Assembly: GCA_031409275.1 (NCBI GenBank)
Contig: JANNXA010000022.1
Coordinates: 1-64,000, forward strand
DNA: 64,000 nt
DNA from: Planctomycetota bacterium
GTDB lineage: Bacteria > Planctomycetota > B15-G4 > SIAN01
Direction: 5' to 3'
The notes beneath the pieces are model-generated. The model was not told where the DNA came from and did no database searches. It saw only the letters and a program-made list of their open reading frames with translations. Both the position numbers and the translations under genes were made by a program. Shown one piece after another: positions 9,824 to 19,204 of the stretch (positions within the stretch are counted from its first letter, which is position 1; each line of letters starts with the position of its first letter).

Positions 9824-11937
9824 CGCGGCTCGAGGAACTGTTGCGGTTGCAGAGCCCGGCGCTGCTTGGCGAGCTGCACGGCTTCTGGCAGGGCGATGGC
9901 CATCGTGCGCCGGCGACCACGCCGGAGCTCGTGGCCGAGCTTTGCCGCCTGATGTCCGACGACGGCGTGGTGCGCCGGCGCATGCGCCTGCTCGGCAAGA
10001 AGCTCGTCGACCTGCTGCGCTTCTTCCTCGCGCGCCGCCAGTTCGAGTCGGACCTCGAGTCGATCCGCGCCGCGCGCTCCTTCGCGTTCATGAGTCCGCA
10101 TGAGGTCGATGCCGCGGTGCGCGCGCTGTTGCAGCGTGGACTGATCTTCCTGCGCGTGGTGGCGGCGAGCGAATCGCCGCGCTACGTCGTCGCGACCGAG
10201 CTCGGCGCGATCCTGCAGCGCGAACTCACCGATCTCGACCTCGAGCTGTCGGCCTCGTTCTCGTTGAAGAAGCTGGTCGAGGCGCGGCCGGAGCTCTGCA
10301 CCGAAGAGGGGCTCGAAGCGCTGCTCCTGCCCGAGGCGGTCGGTCGCCGCGTCGATGTCCTGGCGAGCGACGTGCGCGAGCTCTACGAACGCGCGCTGAT
10401 TCCCGGCGGCGGCGTCCTGGCGCGCTCCCTGGCCGGTCCGGGAGTCCTCGACGCGTCGAGCCCCAAGCGACGCGAGGTGAAGGAGGCGCTCGAGTCGCAA
10501 CGACTGGGCACGGTGCGTCACCTCGCGCTCGGCGAGTACGGCATCAACCACTTCGACGAGACGATCGTCCTCTTCGAGGAGATCCTCGCCAGCGAGCTCG
10601 ATCGCCGTTCGAAACCGCATCCGACCGCGCCGGCGCGGGTGCGCACGCTCGGCGTCGACCTGCTCTCCGATCTGTCGCTGCTGATGGAACGGCTCACGCG
10701 CGACAAGGTGCGCTACACGCAGGGCGGGCAGATCTATCGCGCCGCGGCCAAGAAGATCGAGGACGAGCTGATCCTCTGCTCGAAGGGGGAGTTCCCACCC
10801 GAGAAGCTGTTCAACTTCCTGCTCGACCTCGCCCTGCAGCGCCATCTGCTGAAGCGCACGCCGGAACGGGTGCTGCAGTTGACGGCGAAGGGCAAGACGT
10901 GGCCGCGCCTCTCGGTTCACTTCAAGCTGAAGGAGCTGCTGACGGCGCTGCTCGACGATCCGGGCCGCGCGTTCCATCCGCCGCGATTGCGCAAGCTGGC
11001 GCTCGAGCGGCTGCGCGAACTCAAGCCGGGTCGCTGGTACGACTTCCAGCTCTTCGTCGGCGCGGTTCGCCAGCGCTACCTCGCGCAGCTCGATGCGGCC
11101 GGATTGCGCGAGGCGTACCAGAGCCGATTCCAGTACTCGCCCGAGGCGCATCTCCGCGACCTGCCGCAGCTCGGGGCGGTGGTGGCCACGTTCCTCGGCG
11201 AGGAGTTGCACCTCCTCGGTCTGCTCGATCTCGCCGTCGAGGGCGGACGCGCGCAGATGCTCTGCCTCACGCCACTGGCCGTGAAGGCGTTCGGGCTCGC
11301 CGAGAGCGAAGCTCCGCCCGCCAGCAGTCGCTTGCTGGTGAACTCCGACTTCGAGGTGCTGCTGCTGCCGGAAGCGGATGCCTACGAGCTGATCCAGCGA
11401 CTCGACCGCTTCGCCGAACGCGTCGCGCCCGATGACGCGCATCGCTTCCGCGTGACGCCGCGCTCGATCGAACGAGCGATCGCCGGCGGCCTCACCGCCG
11501 CCGAGATCCTCGACACGCTCGCCGCTCACTCGCAGACCGATCTGCCGCAGAACCTCGCCTTCTCGATCCGCGAATACGCCGAGAAGGTCCGCTTCGTCAG
11601 TCTGCGACCGGTGCTGCTGCTGACGGCTCGCCATCGCGAAGTGATCGACCACCTGCTGCAACGCGCCGAGGTGAAGAAGCTGGTGCAGGAGCGTCTGGGA
11701 CCGCGCGTGCTGGCGTTGCAGACCGACGCGATCGAAGAGTGGCAGGCGTTGCTGGCCGCTGAGGGGGTCTTCCTCGAGGGCGACGCCCATCGCCTCGACC
11801 AGAACGGCAACGGCACCGTACCGATCGTCGGTTCCGACGCTTTAGTCGCAGCGGACGCCGCCCCGCACGCCGATGCCGATCCCGACCCCGACGCCGATCC
11901 CGACGCGGATCCCGATGCCGATGAACCGCCGCGTTGA
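9820..11937 (+). CDS. XPB helicase-associated domain protein (Helicase_C_3-like)
   Basis: C-terminal LLVNSDFEVLL...FRVTPRSIERAIAGGLTAAEILDTL...LPQNLAFSI resembles the XPB N-terminal domain; GGAG RBS and ATGA overlap with xpb. Confidence 0.8.
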   Translation: MTRLEELLRLQSPALLGELHGFWQGDGHRAPATTPELVAELCRLMSDDGVVRRRMRLLGKKLVDLLRFFLARRQFESDLESIRAARSFAFMSPHEVDAAVRALLQRGLIFLRVVAASESPRYVVATELGAILQRELTDLDLELSASFSLKKLVEARPELCTEEGLEALLLPEAVGRRVDVLASDVRELYERALIPGGGVLARSLAGPGVLDASSPKRREVKEALESQRLGTVRHLALGEYGINHFDETIVLFEEILASELDRRSKPHPTAPARVRTLGVDLLSDLSLLMERLTRDKVRYTQGGQIYRAAAKKIEDELILCSKGEFPPEKLFNFLLDLALQRHLLKRTPERVLQLTAKGKTWPRLSVHFKLKELLTALLDDPGRAFHPPRLRKLALERLRELKPGRWYDFQLFVGAVRQRYLAQLDAAGLREAYQSRFQYSPEAHLRDLPQLGAVVATFLGEELHLLGLLDLAVEGGRAQMLCLTPLAVKAFGLAESEAPPASSRLLVNSDFEVLLLPEADAYELIQRLDRFAERVAPDDAHRFRVTPRSIERAIAGGLTAAEILDTLAAHSQTDLPQNLAFSIREYAEKVRFVSLRPVLLLTARHREVIDHLLQRAEVKKLVQERLGPRVLALQTDAIEEWQALLAAEGVFLEGDAHRLDQNGNGTVPIVGSDALVAADAAPHADADPDPDADPDADPDADEPPR
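11869..11923 (+). repeat. Degenerate 6-bp tandem repeat encoding (D-A/P)n
   Basis: gccgat gccgat cccgac cccgac gccgat cccgac gcggat cccgat gccgat encodes ADADPDPDADPDADPDAD. Confidence 0.8.
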
Positions 11938-12568
11938 CGCCGTCGAGCTGTTTGCCATCACGCCGGGGCGCGGCGATGGCTGCGAGCTCGAGGCGAAGAT
12001 TCCGGCGCTGGCGGCGGGAGGCGTCGAGCGGCTGTTGCTGCGCGAGCCGGCGCTCGATCCGGTGGCGAGGGAGGCGTTGGCGGAACGGGTCGCACGTGCC
12101 TGTCGCGCCGCGCACCTCGAGCTGTGGATCAGCGCCGATGCGGCGCTCGCGGAGCGCGTCGGCGCGCATGGCGTCCACTTCACCGAGCGGTCGCCGTCGC
12201 CGTTGCAGGCGGCCGTCGCGAATCGGCCACTTGCATTCGGAGTGTCGCTTCACCTGCCGTTCTCGCGCACTCCGAGCGAGCTGATCGGTTGCCACCATGC
12301 GTTCCTCGCGCCGCTGCTGCCGACGCCGTCGAAACCGGCCGCCGCACCGATCGGTGTCGCCGCGTTCCGCACCGCGGCGGCGGAGCTCTCCATGCCACTG
12401 TTCGCGCTCGGCGGGATCACGCTCGAGTCGGCGCCCCTGCTGGCCGCGGCGGGGATCCGCCGGGTGGCCGCGATCCGTCTCTTCTTCGACGCGCTCGATC
12501 CGGAGCGCTCGGCGCGCGTTCTGCGCCAACGGCTGGCGTCTGCGAGCGCCGCCGAGGGGGCTCCATGA
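11921..12568 (+). CDS. thiE: Thiamine-phosphate synthase / TenI-like protein
   Basis: LLREP, GAHGVHF, SLH, PLLPTPSKP and FALGGI motifs of the ThiE/TenI barrel, somewhat divergent; close to thiL. Confidence 0.75.
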   Translation: MNRRVDAVELFAITPGRGDGCELEAKIPALAAGGVERLLLREPALDPVAREALAERVARACRAAHLELWISADAALAERVGAHGVHFTERSPSPLQAAVANRPLAFGVSLHLPFSRTPSELIGCHHAFLAPLLPTPSKPAAAPIGVAAFRTAAAELSMPLFALGGITLESAPLLAAAGIRRVAAIRLFFDALDPERSARVLRQRLASASAAEGAP

Positions 12569-13116
12569 CGCGACCGAACTGGCTCGATCCGCGTTGGCTG
12601 CAGCGCCACGCGCGCCTCGTCGTGCTGCTGCTCGGCGCCGCGCTGGTCTACTTCGGCTTGCGCGACCTGCGATTCGTCGCGATCGCAGCGGACGATGATT
12701 CGACGCCGGCGGTGATCGGCGGAACGAAGGCGTTGGTGAAGACGCTTGCCGACGACGACTTCGTGCTGGAGCGTGGCGCGCTCTACCTCTTCGATGGGAG
12801 CGGCGACGCCTCCGAGATCGCGCAGCTGCGTCTCGCGCGGCTGATCGGCTTGCCAGGGGACCGCGTCGATCGCGAGCCGCTCGCAGCATCGGATGGCGTG
12901 CGAGCCGATCGCTGTCGCGTGACCATCGGCGGTGCGCAGCGCGTGATGCCGAGCGAGTTGGCCGACCTGCTCCCACCCGAGGTTCCCGACGGGGCGGTGC
13001 TCCTCCTCACCGACAACCCGGCCTGCCGCCATCTCGATTCGCGCGCGCTCGGGCCGCTCCCGATCGAGCGGTTGAAGCTGCGGATCGTGGCGTCGCTCGG
13101 ACTGCTGCCGCGCTGA
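12565..13116 (+). CDS. S26 signal peptidase I-like membrane protein, probably inactive
   Basis: One N-terminal TM, ARLIGLPGD (box D) and TDNPACRHLDSRALG (box E); ATGA overlap with thiE. Confidence 0.7.
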   Translation: MTRPNWLDPRWLQRHARLVVLLLGAALVYFGLRDLRFVAIAADDDSTPAVIGGTKALVKTLADDDFVLERGALYLFDGSGDASEIAQLRLARLIGLPGDRVDREPLAASDGVRADRCRVTIGGAQRVMPSELADLLPPEVPDGAVLLLTDNPACRHLDSRALGPLPIERLKLRIVASLGLLPR

Positions 13117-13144
13117 ACGTCAGCGCCCGCGCTACGCTCCCGCC

Positions 13145-14068
13145 ATGTCGCTCTCCGAACGGGAACTGCTGGCCTGGTTGACGCCGCGCGCCACGCGTGG
13201 GCGCGAGGTGGCGCTTGGCATCGGTCACGACGCCGCCGTCGTCACCTCACCGAGCGGCGATGGACTCGTGCTGAAGAGCGATCAGACCATCGAAGAGGTC
13301 CATTTCCGCCGCGAGGAGCAGGAGTGGGGGCTGGTCGGCCGCAAGGCGCTGGCGCGCGTCCTCTCGGATATCGGTGCGGTCGGTGGACGACCGGTTGCGG
13401 CGCTCTGCTCGCTGGCGCTACCGGCGGACGTCGCCGAGTCCGACGTGAAGGCGCTCTTCGAGGGGCTGCTGCTCCTCGCGGCCGAGCACGGCGTGAGCCT
13501 CGTCGGCGGTGATTTGTCGCGCTCGCTGCGCGGGGTGGCGATCGACATCGCCGGACTCGGCTTCATGGAGGGGCGGGCGCCGTTGCGGCGCGACGGCGCG
13601 CAGCCGGGGGATCTGCTGGTGGTGACGGGGCCGCTTGGCGGTTCCCGTGCACGTCATCACCTTCGGTTCGAGCCGCGTTGGCGCGCCGGCATCGCGCTGG
13701 CCGCGAGCGGCGCCGTCCACGCCTGCATCGACCTCTCCGACGGACTCGCGCGCGACCTGCACCAGGTGACGAGCGCTTCGCAGGTCGGCGCCCGCATCGA
13801 ACGCGCGGCGCTGCCGCTGCGCGCGCTCGAGGCTGGCGCGCGTGCGACGGTCTCGCAAGCGCTGCACGATGGCGAGGACTACGAGCTGCTCTTCGCGGTG
13901 GCGCCCGATGCCTGGGCGGCGGTACGAGAACTGCCGGCGCTCGCGGCGTTGGTGCCGTCGGTGATCGGTCGGATCGAGTCTGCGGCTGCCGGGGTCACCG
14001 AGGTCGACGCCGACGGCCGCGTGGAGCCGCTGCGTGTCGGAGGATTCGAGCATCGCCTTGGAACATGA
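13145..14068 (+). CDS. thiL: Thiamine-monophosphate kinase
   Basis: GIGHDAA, LSDIGAVGG, LVGGD, IDLSDGL, GEDYELLF and terminal GFEH motifs. Confidence 0.93.
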   Translation: MSLSERELLAWLTPRATRGREVALGIGHDAAVVTSPSGDGLVLKSDQTIEEVHFRREEQEWGLVGRKALARVLSDIGAVGGRPVAALCSLALPADVAESDVKALFEGLLLLAAEHGVSLVGGDLSRSLRGVAIDIAGLGFMEGRAPLRRDGAQPGDLLVVTGPLGGSRARHHLRFEPRWRAGIALAASGAVHACIDLSDGLARDLHQVTSASQVGARIERAALPLRALEAGARATVSQALHDGEDYELLFAVAPDAWAAVRELPALAALVPSVIGRIESAAAGVTEVDADGRVEPLRVGGFEHRLGT

Positions 14069-14549
14069 GACGATCACTCACAGTGCCGAAGCGACCGAGT
14101 TGCTGGCGCAACGACTGGGCGCGGCGTGCCATGGCGGCGAGCTGCTGGTGCTGACCGGCGAACTCGGCGCCGGCAAGACGTGCTTCGTGCGCGGGCTCGC
14201 GCGCGGGCTAGGGGCGGATCCGCGAGCGGTGCGCAGCCCTTCGTTCACGCTGCTCCACTCCTACGGTGGGCGACGCACGCTGCACCACTACGACGTCTAC
14301 TTCACGCGCTCCTTCGAGGACCTCACCCGTTCGGGGCTCGTCGAGGCGCTGGCCGCCGGCGACGTGGCCGTGCTCGAATGGGGCGAGCGCTTCGCCCGCG
14401 AGTTGCCCGCCGATCGGCTGGAGCTCCAGCTCGACCACGTCGATCCGGAAACGCGCCGGCTCCGTTTCGTGGCTGCGGGGGCGCGTTCGCGCGAGCTCCT
14501 CTCGGCCGTGCTGGACCCGCCCGTCAGCGATCGAAAGCCTGGGGCTTGA
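14058..14549 (+). CDS. tsaE: tRNA t6A biosynthesis ATPase TsaE (start approximate)
   Basis: LTGELGAGKTCFVRG, VRSPSFTL, HYDVY and LEWGE motifs. Confidence 0.93.
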   Translation: MEHETITHSAEATELLAQRLGAACHGGELLVLTGELGAGKTCFVRGLARGLGADPRAVRSPSFTLLHSYGGRRTLHHYDVYFTRSFEDLTRSGLVEALAAGDVAVLEWGERFARELPADRLELQLDHVDPETRRLRFVAAGARSRELLSAVLDPPVSDRKPGA

Positions 14550-14572
14550 ACCACCCGCCTCCGCGCTCCGTT
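14547..14572 (+). promoter_or_regulatory. Putative ECF-type promoter upstream of the ECF sigma gene
   Basis: TGAAC-N17-CGTT ending 21 nt before the sigma ATG; fits the general ECF AAC/CGT consensus. Confidence 0.5.
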
Positions 14573-14593
14573 CCCCCGGCAGGCTCCACGCCC

Positions 14594-15181
14594 ATGCCGG
14601 AGGAAGACTGCGAATTGATGCTGGCAGCGCGGACCGGTTCACGCGAGGCGTTCGCCGCCTTGGTGGCCCGGTGGCAAGCCCGCCTCCTCACGTTCTTCTT
14701 CCGACAGGGAGGCGACCGGGACCTGGCGGAAGACTGCGCGCAAGAGGTCTTCGTCCGGCTCTACAAATCGCGCGATCGCTACACGCCGGAGGCGAGCTTT
14801 GCCACGTTCCTGTTCACGATTGCGCGCCACTACTGGATCGATGTGGCGCGTGCCCGCCGCGTGCGACCCGATCTGCGTTCGCCGGCCTCGCGCCACACGG
14901 CGCAGGATGGAGAAGGGGAGGATCTCGTGAATCGAGTGGCCGATCCGTCGCTGGCGCCGCCGGCAAGTGCGGTGCTTTCCGATGACCTGGTCCAGTTGCG
15001 CGCCGCGCTGGCCAAGCTGCCAGAGTCGCTGCGGGACGTCGTGCAACTCGGCGTGCTCGAAGCGCTGCCCTACTCCGAGGTCTCGACGCTCCTCTCGATT
15101 CCGGTTGGAACGGTGAAGTCGCGCGTCCACGCCGCGGTCGCGGCGCTGCGCACGTTGCTCGCTCGCGGAGAGTCGCGATGA
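14594..15181 (+). CDS. ECF RNA polymerase sigma factor
   Basis: Region 2 AEDCAQEVFVRLY...FATFLFTIARH; region 4 LPYSEVSTLLSIPVGTVKSRVH. Confidence 0.93.
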   Translation: MPEEDCELMLAARTGSREAFAALVARWQARLLTFFFRQGGDRDLAEDCAQEVFVRLYKSRDRYTPEASFATFLFTIARHYWIDVARARRVRPDLRSPASRHTAQDGEGEDLVNRVADPSLAPPASAVLSDDLVQLRAALAKLPESLRDVVQLGVLEALPYSEVSTLLSIPVGTVKSRVHAAVAALRTLLARGESR

Positions 15182-16908
15182 GCCGGGCGCCCGACCTCCT
15201 CGACTGCAAGACTGCTCGCGGACGCTTCATCGATGCGGCGCTCGGCCAGGCGAGTGCCGCGGAGGCCGCGGCGATGCGCGCCCACGTGGCGGGCTGCAGC
15301 GCCTGCAAGGTCGAAGTCGAGGCGCTCGAGAAGACGCTCGCGCAACTGCGTCGGCCGGCGTTGATGGAGCCGTCGGCGCGTTTCTCGCGACGGCTCGACC
15401 GCGCGCTCGACGGGGTCGATGCCACTCGCGCTCCGGTGCGCTGGATCGACGAAGCGCGTTTCCGCATGGTGCTGCTTGGCCATCAGCTGCGCTACTCGCG
15501 CCGCTGGCAGCTGCGGGTGGCGGCAGCGCTGCTGCCCTTGTTGTTCGGCATCGGGCTCGTCGTGCGTCAGCGAGTCCATGCGGCTTCGGCGAGCGAGGTC
15601 GCAAGTTCGTCGGGTGCCGTCCCACCGGCCGTTTCGGGCGAGCTCCCCACGGCACCGCTGCTGTCCGCGCCGACGCTCGTCGAGTGGAAGCCGCAATACG
15701 ATCCGCCGATCGAACCGGCGCACGGCGCGCCGGTCGCCGTCGAGGAGCTCGGTCCGACCGAGCATGAGCAGGCGACGGCCGCGTTGGCGAGACTGAACGA
15801 AGTCGATGAAGCGGCGTTGGCGCGGCTTCGCGCCGTCGAGCGTGACGGCGGTTCTGCGGTCGCGACCACCGTGGTCGACACCCGTTCGCCGACGCGGCGT
15901 GCGCTCGATTGGCTGGTCCGCAACCAGCGCGCGGACGGCTCCTTCACCCCGGGAGATGGCACCGCGGGTTTCGAGTGCGGCGTCACCGGGTTGGCCCTGC
16001 TCGCGCTCGTCTCCGACGGTCGGCTTGGCGCCGGCACGAGTGAGGATCCCGCGTCGCCGGCCGGCGCGGTCGGAGCCGATGCGCGAAGCGACGAAGCGCT
16101 CGAGGCCGCGGCCGCGCGTGCCGTCGCGTGGCTCTTCGCCCAACAGGTTGCGGACGGTCGCTTCGGTGGCAACCGTGATCCCGCGATCGAGCGCTCCGGC
16201 CACGCGCTGGCGACGCTCGCGCTGGTCGAGCGTCACCTGCGCGTGCGTGCGACCGCGCCGGATGCACCGGCCGCCAGCGCCGCCGTGCACGATCGACTGG
16301 AACAGGCGCTGTCGTGGCTCGAAGTCGCCCTCGACCAGACCTTTCACGCGCCGCGCGAGCGCAACGCCGGCGTCGTGGCGGCGTGGTCTGCGCTCGCGCT
16401 GGCGACGGCGCGACATGGCGGCCTCGAGTTCCACCTGAAGGTCTCGAGCGACGCGCTCTGCGAGCGGATGCTGGCGCAACTGCGCAGCGACCCGTCGGAG
16501 GTGCTGTCAGCGGCTTCGCAGACGGTCCTGGCGATGGCCGAGCGCGATTCGAAGTCGACCGCGCGCGACCCCGATTGGGCGCGCGCGGTGGGCAGCGTCG
16601 CCACCGGTTTGCGTCATGCCGAGCCGGCGTTGCGCTTCCTGGTGGCGAGCGCGCTGGTCGCCGACCCGCGCGGCATCGGTCGCGAAGCGTGGCCGACGTT
16701 CTCGCGTGCGCTGGCGGTCGAACTGCTGCCGCAGCAGGCGGCGAGCGGCTACTTCGAGGCCGGAGTCGCCTGGGCCGGCATCGGCGGAGGCACGGCCTAC
16801 GAGACGGCGCTCGCGGCGCTGGCGCTGCAGGTCGAGTCGCGTCAACGCACGCACCTCGCAGTCAAGGTCGCCCTGCATCGGCGGAGCGCCGCGCGCGGCG
16901 GGCGCTGA
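15178..16908 (+). CDS. Anti-sigma factor: zf-HC2, TM helix and prenyltransferase/squalene-cyclase-like repeat domain
   Basis: HVAGCSAC (HxxxCxxC), TM VAAALLPLLFGIGLVV, QW-like repeats ALDWLVRNQRADGSF, AVAWLFAQQVADGRF, LLPQQAASGYF; ATGA overlap with sigma gene. Confidence 0.8.
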   Translation: MSRAPDLLDCKTARGRFIDAALGQASAAEAAAMRAHVAGCSACKVEVEALEKTLAQLRRPALMEPSARFSRRLDRALDGVDATRAPVRWIDEARFRMVLLGHQLRYSRRWQLRVAAALLPLLFGIGLVVRQRVHAASASEVASSSGAVPPAVSGELPTAPLLSAPTLVEWKPQYDPPIEPAHGAPVAVEELGPTEHEQATAALARLNEVDEAALARLRAVERDGGSAVATTVVDTRSPTRRALDWLVRNQRADGSFTPGDGTAGFECGVTGLALLALVSDGRLGAGTSEDPASPAGAVGADARSDEALEAAAARAVAWLFAQQVADGRFGGNRDPAIERSGHALATLALVERHLRVRATAPDAPAASAAVHDRLEQALSWLEVALDQTFHAPRERNAGVVAAWSALALATARHGGLEFHLKVSSDALCERMLAQLRSDPSEVLSAASQTVLAMAERDSKSTARDPDWARAVGSVATGLRHAEPALRFLVASALVADPRGIGREAWPTFSRALAVELLPQQAASGYFEAGVAWAGIGGGTAYETALAALALQVESRQRTHLAVKVALHRRSAARGGR

Positions 16909-16976
16909 CGGCTGAACTGCGGCGCGTCAGGTCGGCTACACTTCCGCGCCTCGAGGCGGCGTGCGGAGGTCGGACC

Positions 16977-17648
16977 ATGATGCGTTGCTGGTGGATGGCT
17001 TGCGCACTGGTCGTGGGCGACGTGGTCCGCGGCGACGAGAAGCCGGTGCCAGCTGCGGCGAATCCTGCGCCGGTCGTCTACACGCAGTTCCGCGCCGAGG
17101 TGCTCGACGTCGTCGACGCCGTGCTGATCGGCAAGGTGATCGAGGTGATGTCGCTGCGCGGCACCGACGTCGTCCGCATCGAGATCGGCGAGTGGAAGCA
17201 AGGGGTCCGCCCGCAAGGGGTGCACGGCCCCGTCGACGAAGTCACGCTGTTGGCCGCGCCCGGCGACTATTTCGTCGCCACCGAGCAGATGCTCTTCCTC
17301 AAGCTGTTCGAGAAGGGGCCGCGCTACAGCGCCTTCAATCGCGTCGCGCGCAGCGATCCCGATTGGGACGCGAAGCTCGCCTGCCTCGACCAGAACCTCG
17401 CGCTCGCGCGGATCGAGAAGGATGAGGATCGGCGGCGCGAGGCCAGGAAGCTGCTGTACGACCAGCTCACGTCGCGGTTGAACTGGACGCGTTGGCACGC
17501 GTACCACGAACTGGCCTGGGTGCGCAAGAACGTGCCGGCGCTGGTGACGCGCGAGGATCGTGACGACCTGCGCAAGGCCGCGACCGCTTGCGACGATGCG
17601 AAGCTCAAGGAAAAGGTCCTGAAACTCTTGCAGGAGTGGGAGCGTTGA
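16977..17648 (+). CDS. Hypothetical exported protein
   Basis: GGAGG RBS, signal-like N-terminus, typical codon usage, stop overlaps the next start. Confidence 0.7.
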   Translation: MMRCWWMACALVVGDVVRGDEKPVPAAANPAPVVYTQFRAEVLDVVDAVLIGKVIEVMSLRGTDVVRIEIGEWKQGVRPQGVHGPVDEVTLLAAPGDYFVATEQMLFLKLFEKGPRYSAFNRVARSDPDWDAKLACLDQNLALARIEKDEDRRREARKLLYDQLTSRLNWTRWHAYHELAWVRKNVPALVTREDRDDLRKAATACDDAKLKEKVLKLLQEWER

Positions 17649-19186
17649 ACTTGAACTCGGTGACTGCGGCGTTGCTCCTCGCGAGCGGCGCACTCCAGGA
17701 TGTTCGCCCGGATCGCATCGAGCTCAGCCTCGAGCAATGCGTACGGTCCGTGCTGGCCGACAACATCGGGCTCCACCTTGCAGCGCTCGGCAACGAGGCG
17801 CGGACGGCCTCGGTCGAAGAGGCGATCGGTTCCTTCGATCCTGAGCTCTACGCCAACATCACCGGCGCCGATCGCGAGCAGCCGACCGCGTCGTCGTTCG
17901 CGGCGCCGCGAAACCAGTCGCTCGACGCCACGACGGGCCTGCGCGGCCTCTTCCGCAGCGGCATGAGCTACGACCTCGCCTATCAGATGTCGTACAACCG
18001 GCAATCGCCGACCAACGCCTTCTTCGGCTTCAACCCGACGCTGTCGAGCGTTCTCTCGCTGAACGTGACGCAGCCATTGCTGCGCGGCTTCGGTTCGACG
18101 GTGACCGAGGCGCCGGTCGAGCAGGCGCGCCTGCTCGTGGTCCGCGGCGACCTCGACCTCGATGCGCAGATCCAGGAGACTGCGTTTCGCGCCGTCGAGG
18201 CCTACTGGAACCTGGCGCGCTCGCGCAAGGAGCGCGACACGGCGCGGACGGCATTGACGGTCGCCGAGGAGTTCGTCCAGAACAACCAGAAGCGGCTCGA
18301 TGCCGGAGTGATGACTCGACTCGATGTCCTCACGGCGCAGGCCGAGGCGGCGCGCCGCCGCGAGACGCTGATCCGCGCCGAGAACCTCGTGGGCCGCAGC
18401 GAGGATGCGCTGAAGCTCCTGCTCTCTCCCGGCGCCAACCCGTCGGAATGGCAGGGCGAGATCGTCCCGACCAGCGAAGCGGGGGTCCGCGCCGAGCCGC
18501 TCCCGCCCGAGGAGGAAGTGATCCTCGAGGCGTTCGCGACGCGCTCCGATCTGCGGGCGCTTGCGGTCGATCTGCGTGCCGCCGATCTCGCCTTAGAAGT
18601 GGCCGCGAACGGTCGCCGGTCGCGTCTCGACCTCACCGGCGGCTTCGGCTACGCAGGGCTCGCCGGCAAGCAGGCGGACGGCGCGAGCAAGAACAACGTC
18701 GATCTCCTCGGCGAGAGCCTTGGCCAGATCCGCGATCGCGAGTTCGACCAGTGGTCGCTCGGGCTCGATTTCTCGCACCCGCTCGGCAACCGTTCCGCGG
18801 AGGCAAGCGAGCGCAGGGCGCAGATCGAGAAGGAGCGCGCGCTGATGGCGATGCTCGACCGTCGCATGGCGATCGTCCACGAGCTGCGCGGTGCGGTGCG
18901 CGACGTGGCGGACGCGGAGGCTGCGTTCGAGGCGGCGCGCCAGGCGCGGTTGCTGGCCGAAGAGCAGTATCAGGCGGAGATCACGCGGCTCGAGAACGAG
19001 CACTCGACCACCTTCCAGGTCCGCGAGGCGCAGCGCGACATGTTCGAGGCGCGCGACCGCGAGACCGCTGCGATCACGCAATACGAGGTGCTGCTCGCCG
19101 GACTGGGACGCGCGCGGGGCGACCTGGCGCGTCGATACGGCGTCGAGTTGCGGCTCGATGAGGCCGAGGCGGGCGCGCTGCGCTGA
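17645..19186 (+). CDS. TolC family outer-membrane protein
   Basis: ELSLEQCVRSVLADN, LNVTQPLLRGFG, AVEAYWNL, GVMTRLDVLTAQ; duplicated OEP-type halves. Confidence 0.88.
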   Translation: MNLNSVTAALLLASGALQDVRPDRIELSLEQCVRSVLADNIGLHLAALGNEARTASVEEAIGSFDPELYANITGADREQPTASSFAAPRNQSLDATTGLRGLFRSGMSYDLAYQMSYNRQSPTNAFFGFNPTLSSVLSLNVTQPLLRGFGSTVTEAPVEQARLLVVRGDLDLDAQIQETAFRAVEAYWNLARSRKERDTARTALTVAEEFVQNNQKRLDAGVMTRLDVLTAQAEAARRRETLIRAENLVGRSEDALKLLLSPGANPSEWQGEIVPTSEAGVRAEPLPPEEEVILEAFATRSDLRALAVDLRAADLALEVAANGRRSRLDLTGGFGYAGLAGKQADGASKNNVDLLGESLGQIRDREFDQWSLGLDFSHPLGNRSAEASERRAQIEKERALMAMLDRRMAIVHELRGAVRDVADAEAAFEAARQARLLAEEQYQAEITRLENEHSTTFQVREAQRDMFEARDRETAAITQYEVLLAGLGRARGDLARRYGVELRLDEAEAGALR

Positions 19187-19204
19187 TCGCGGGTCGGCAG
19201 CGAG

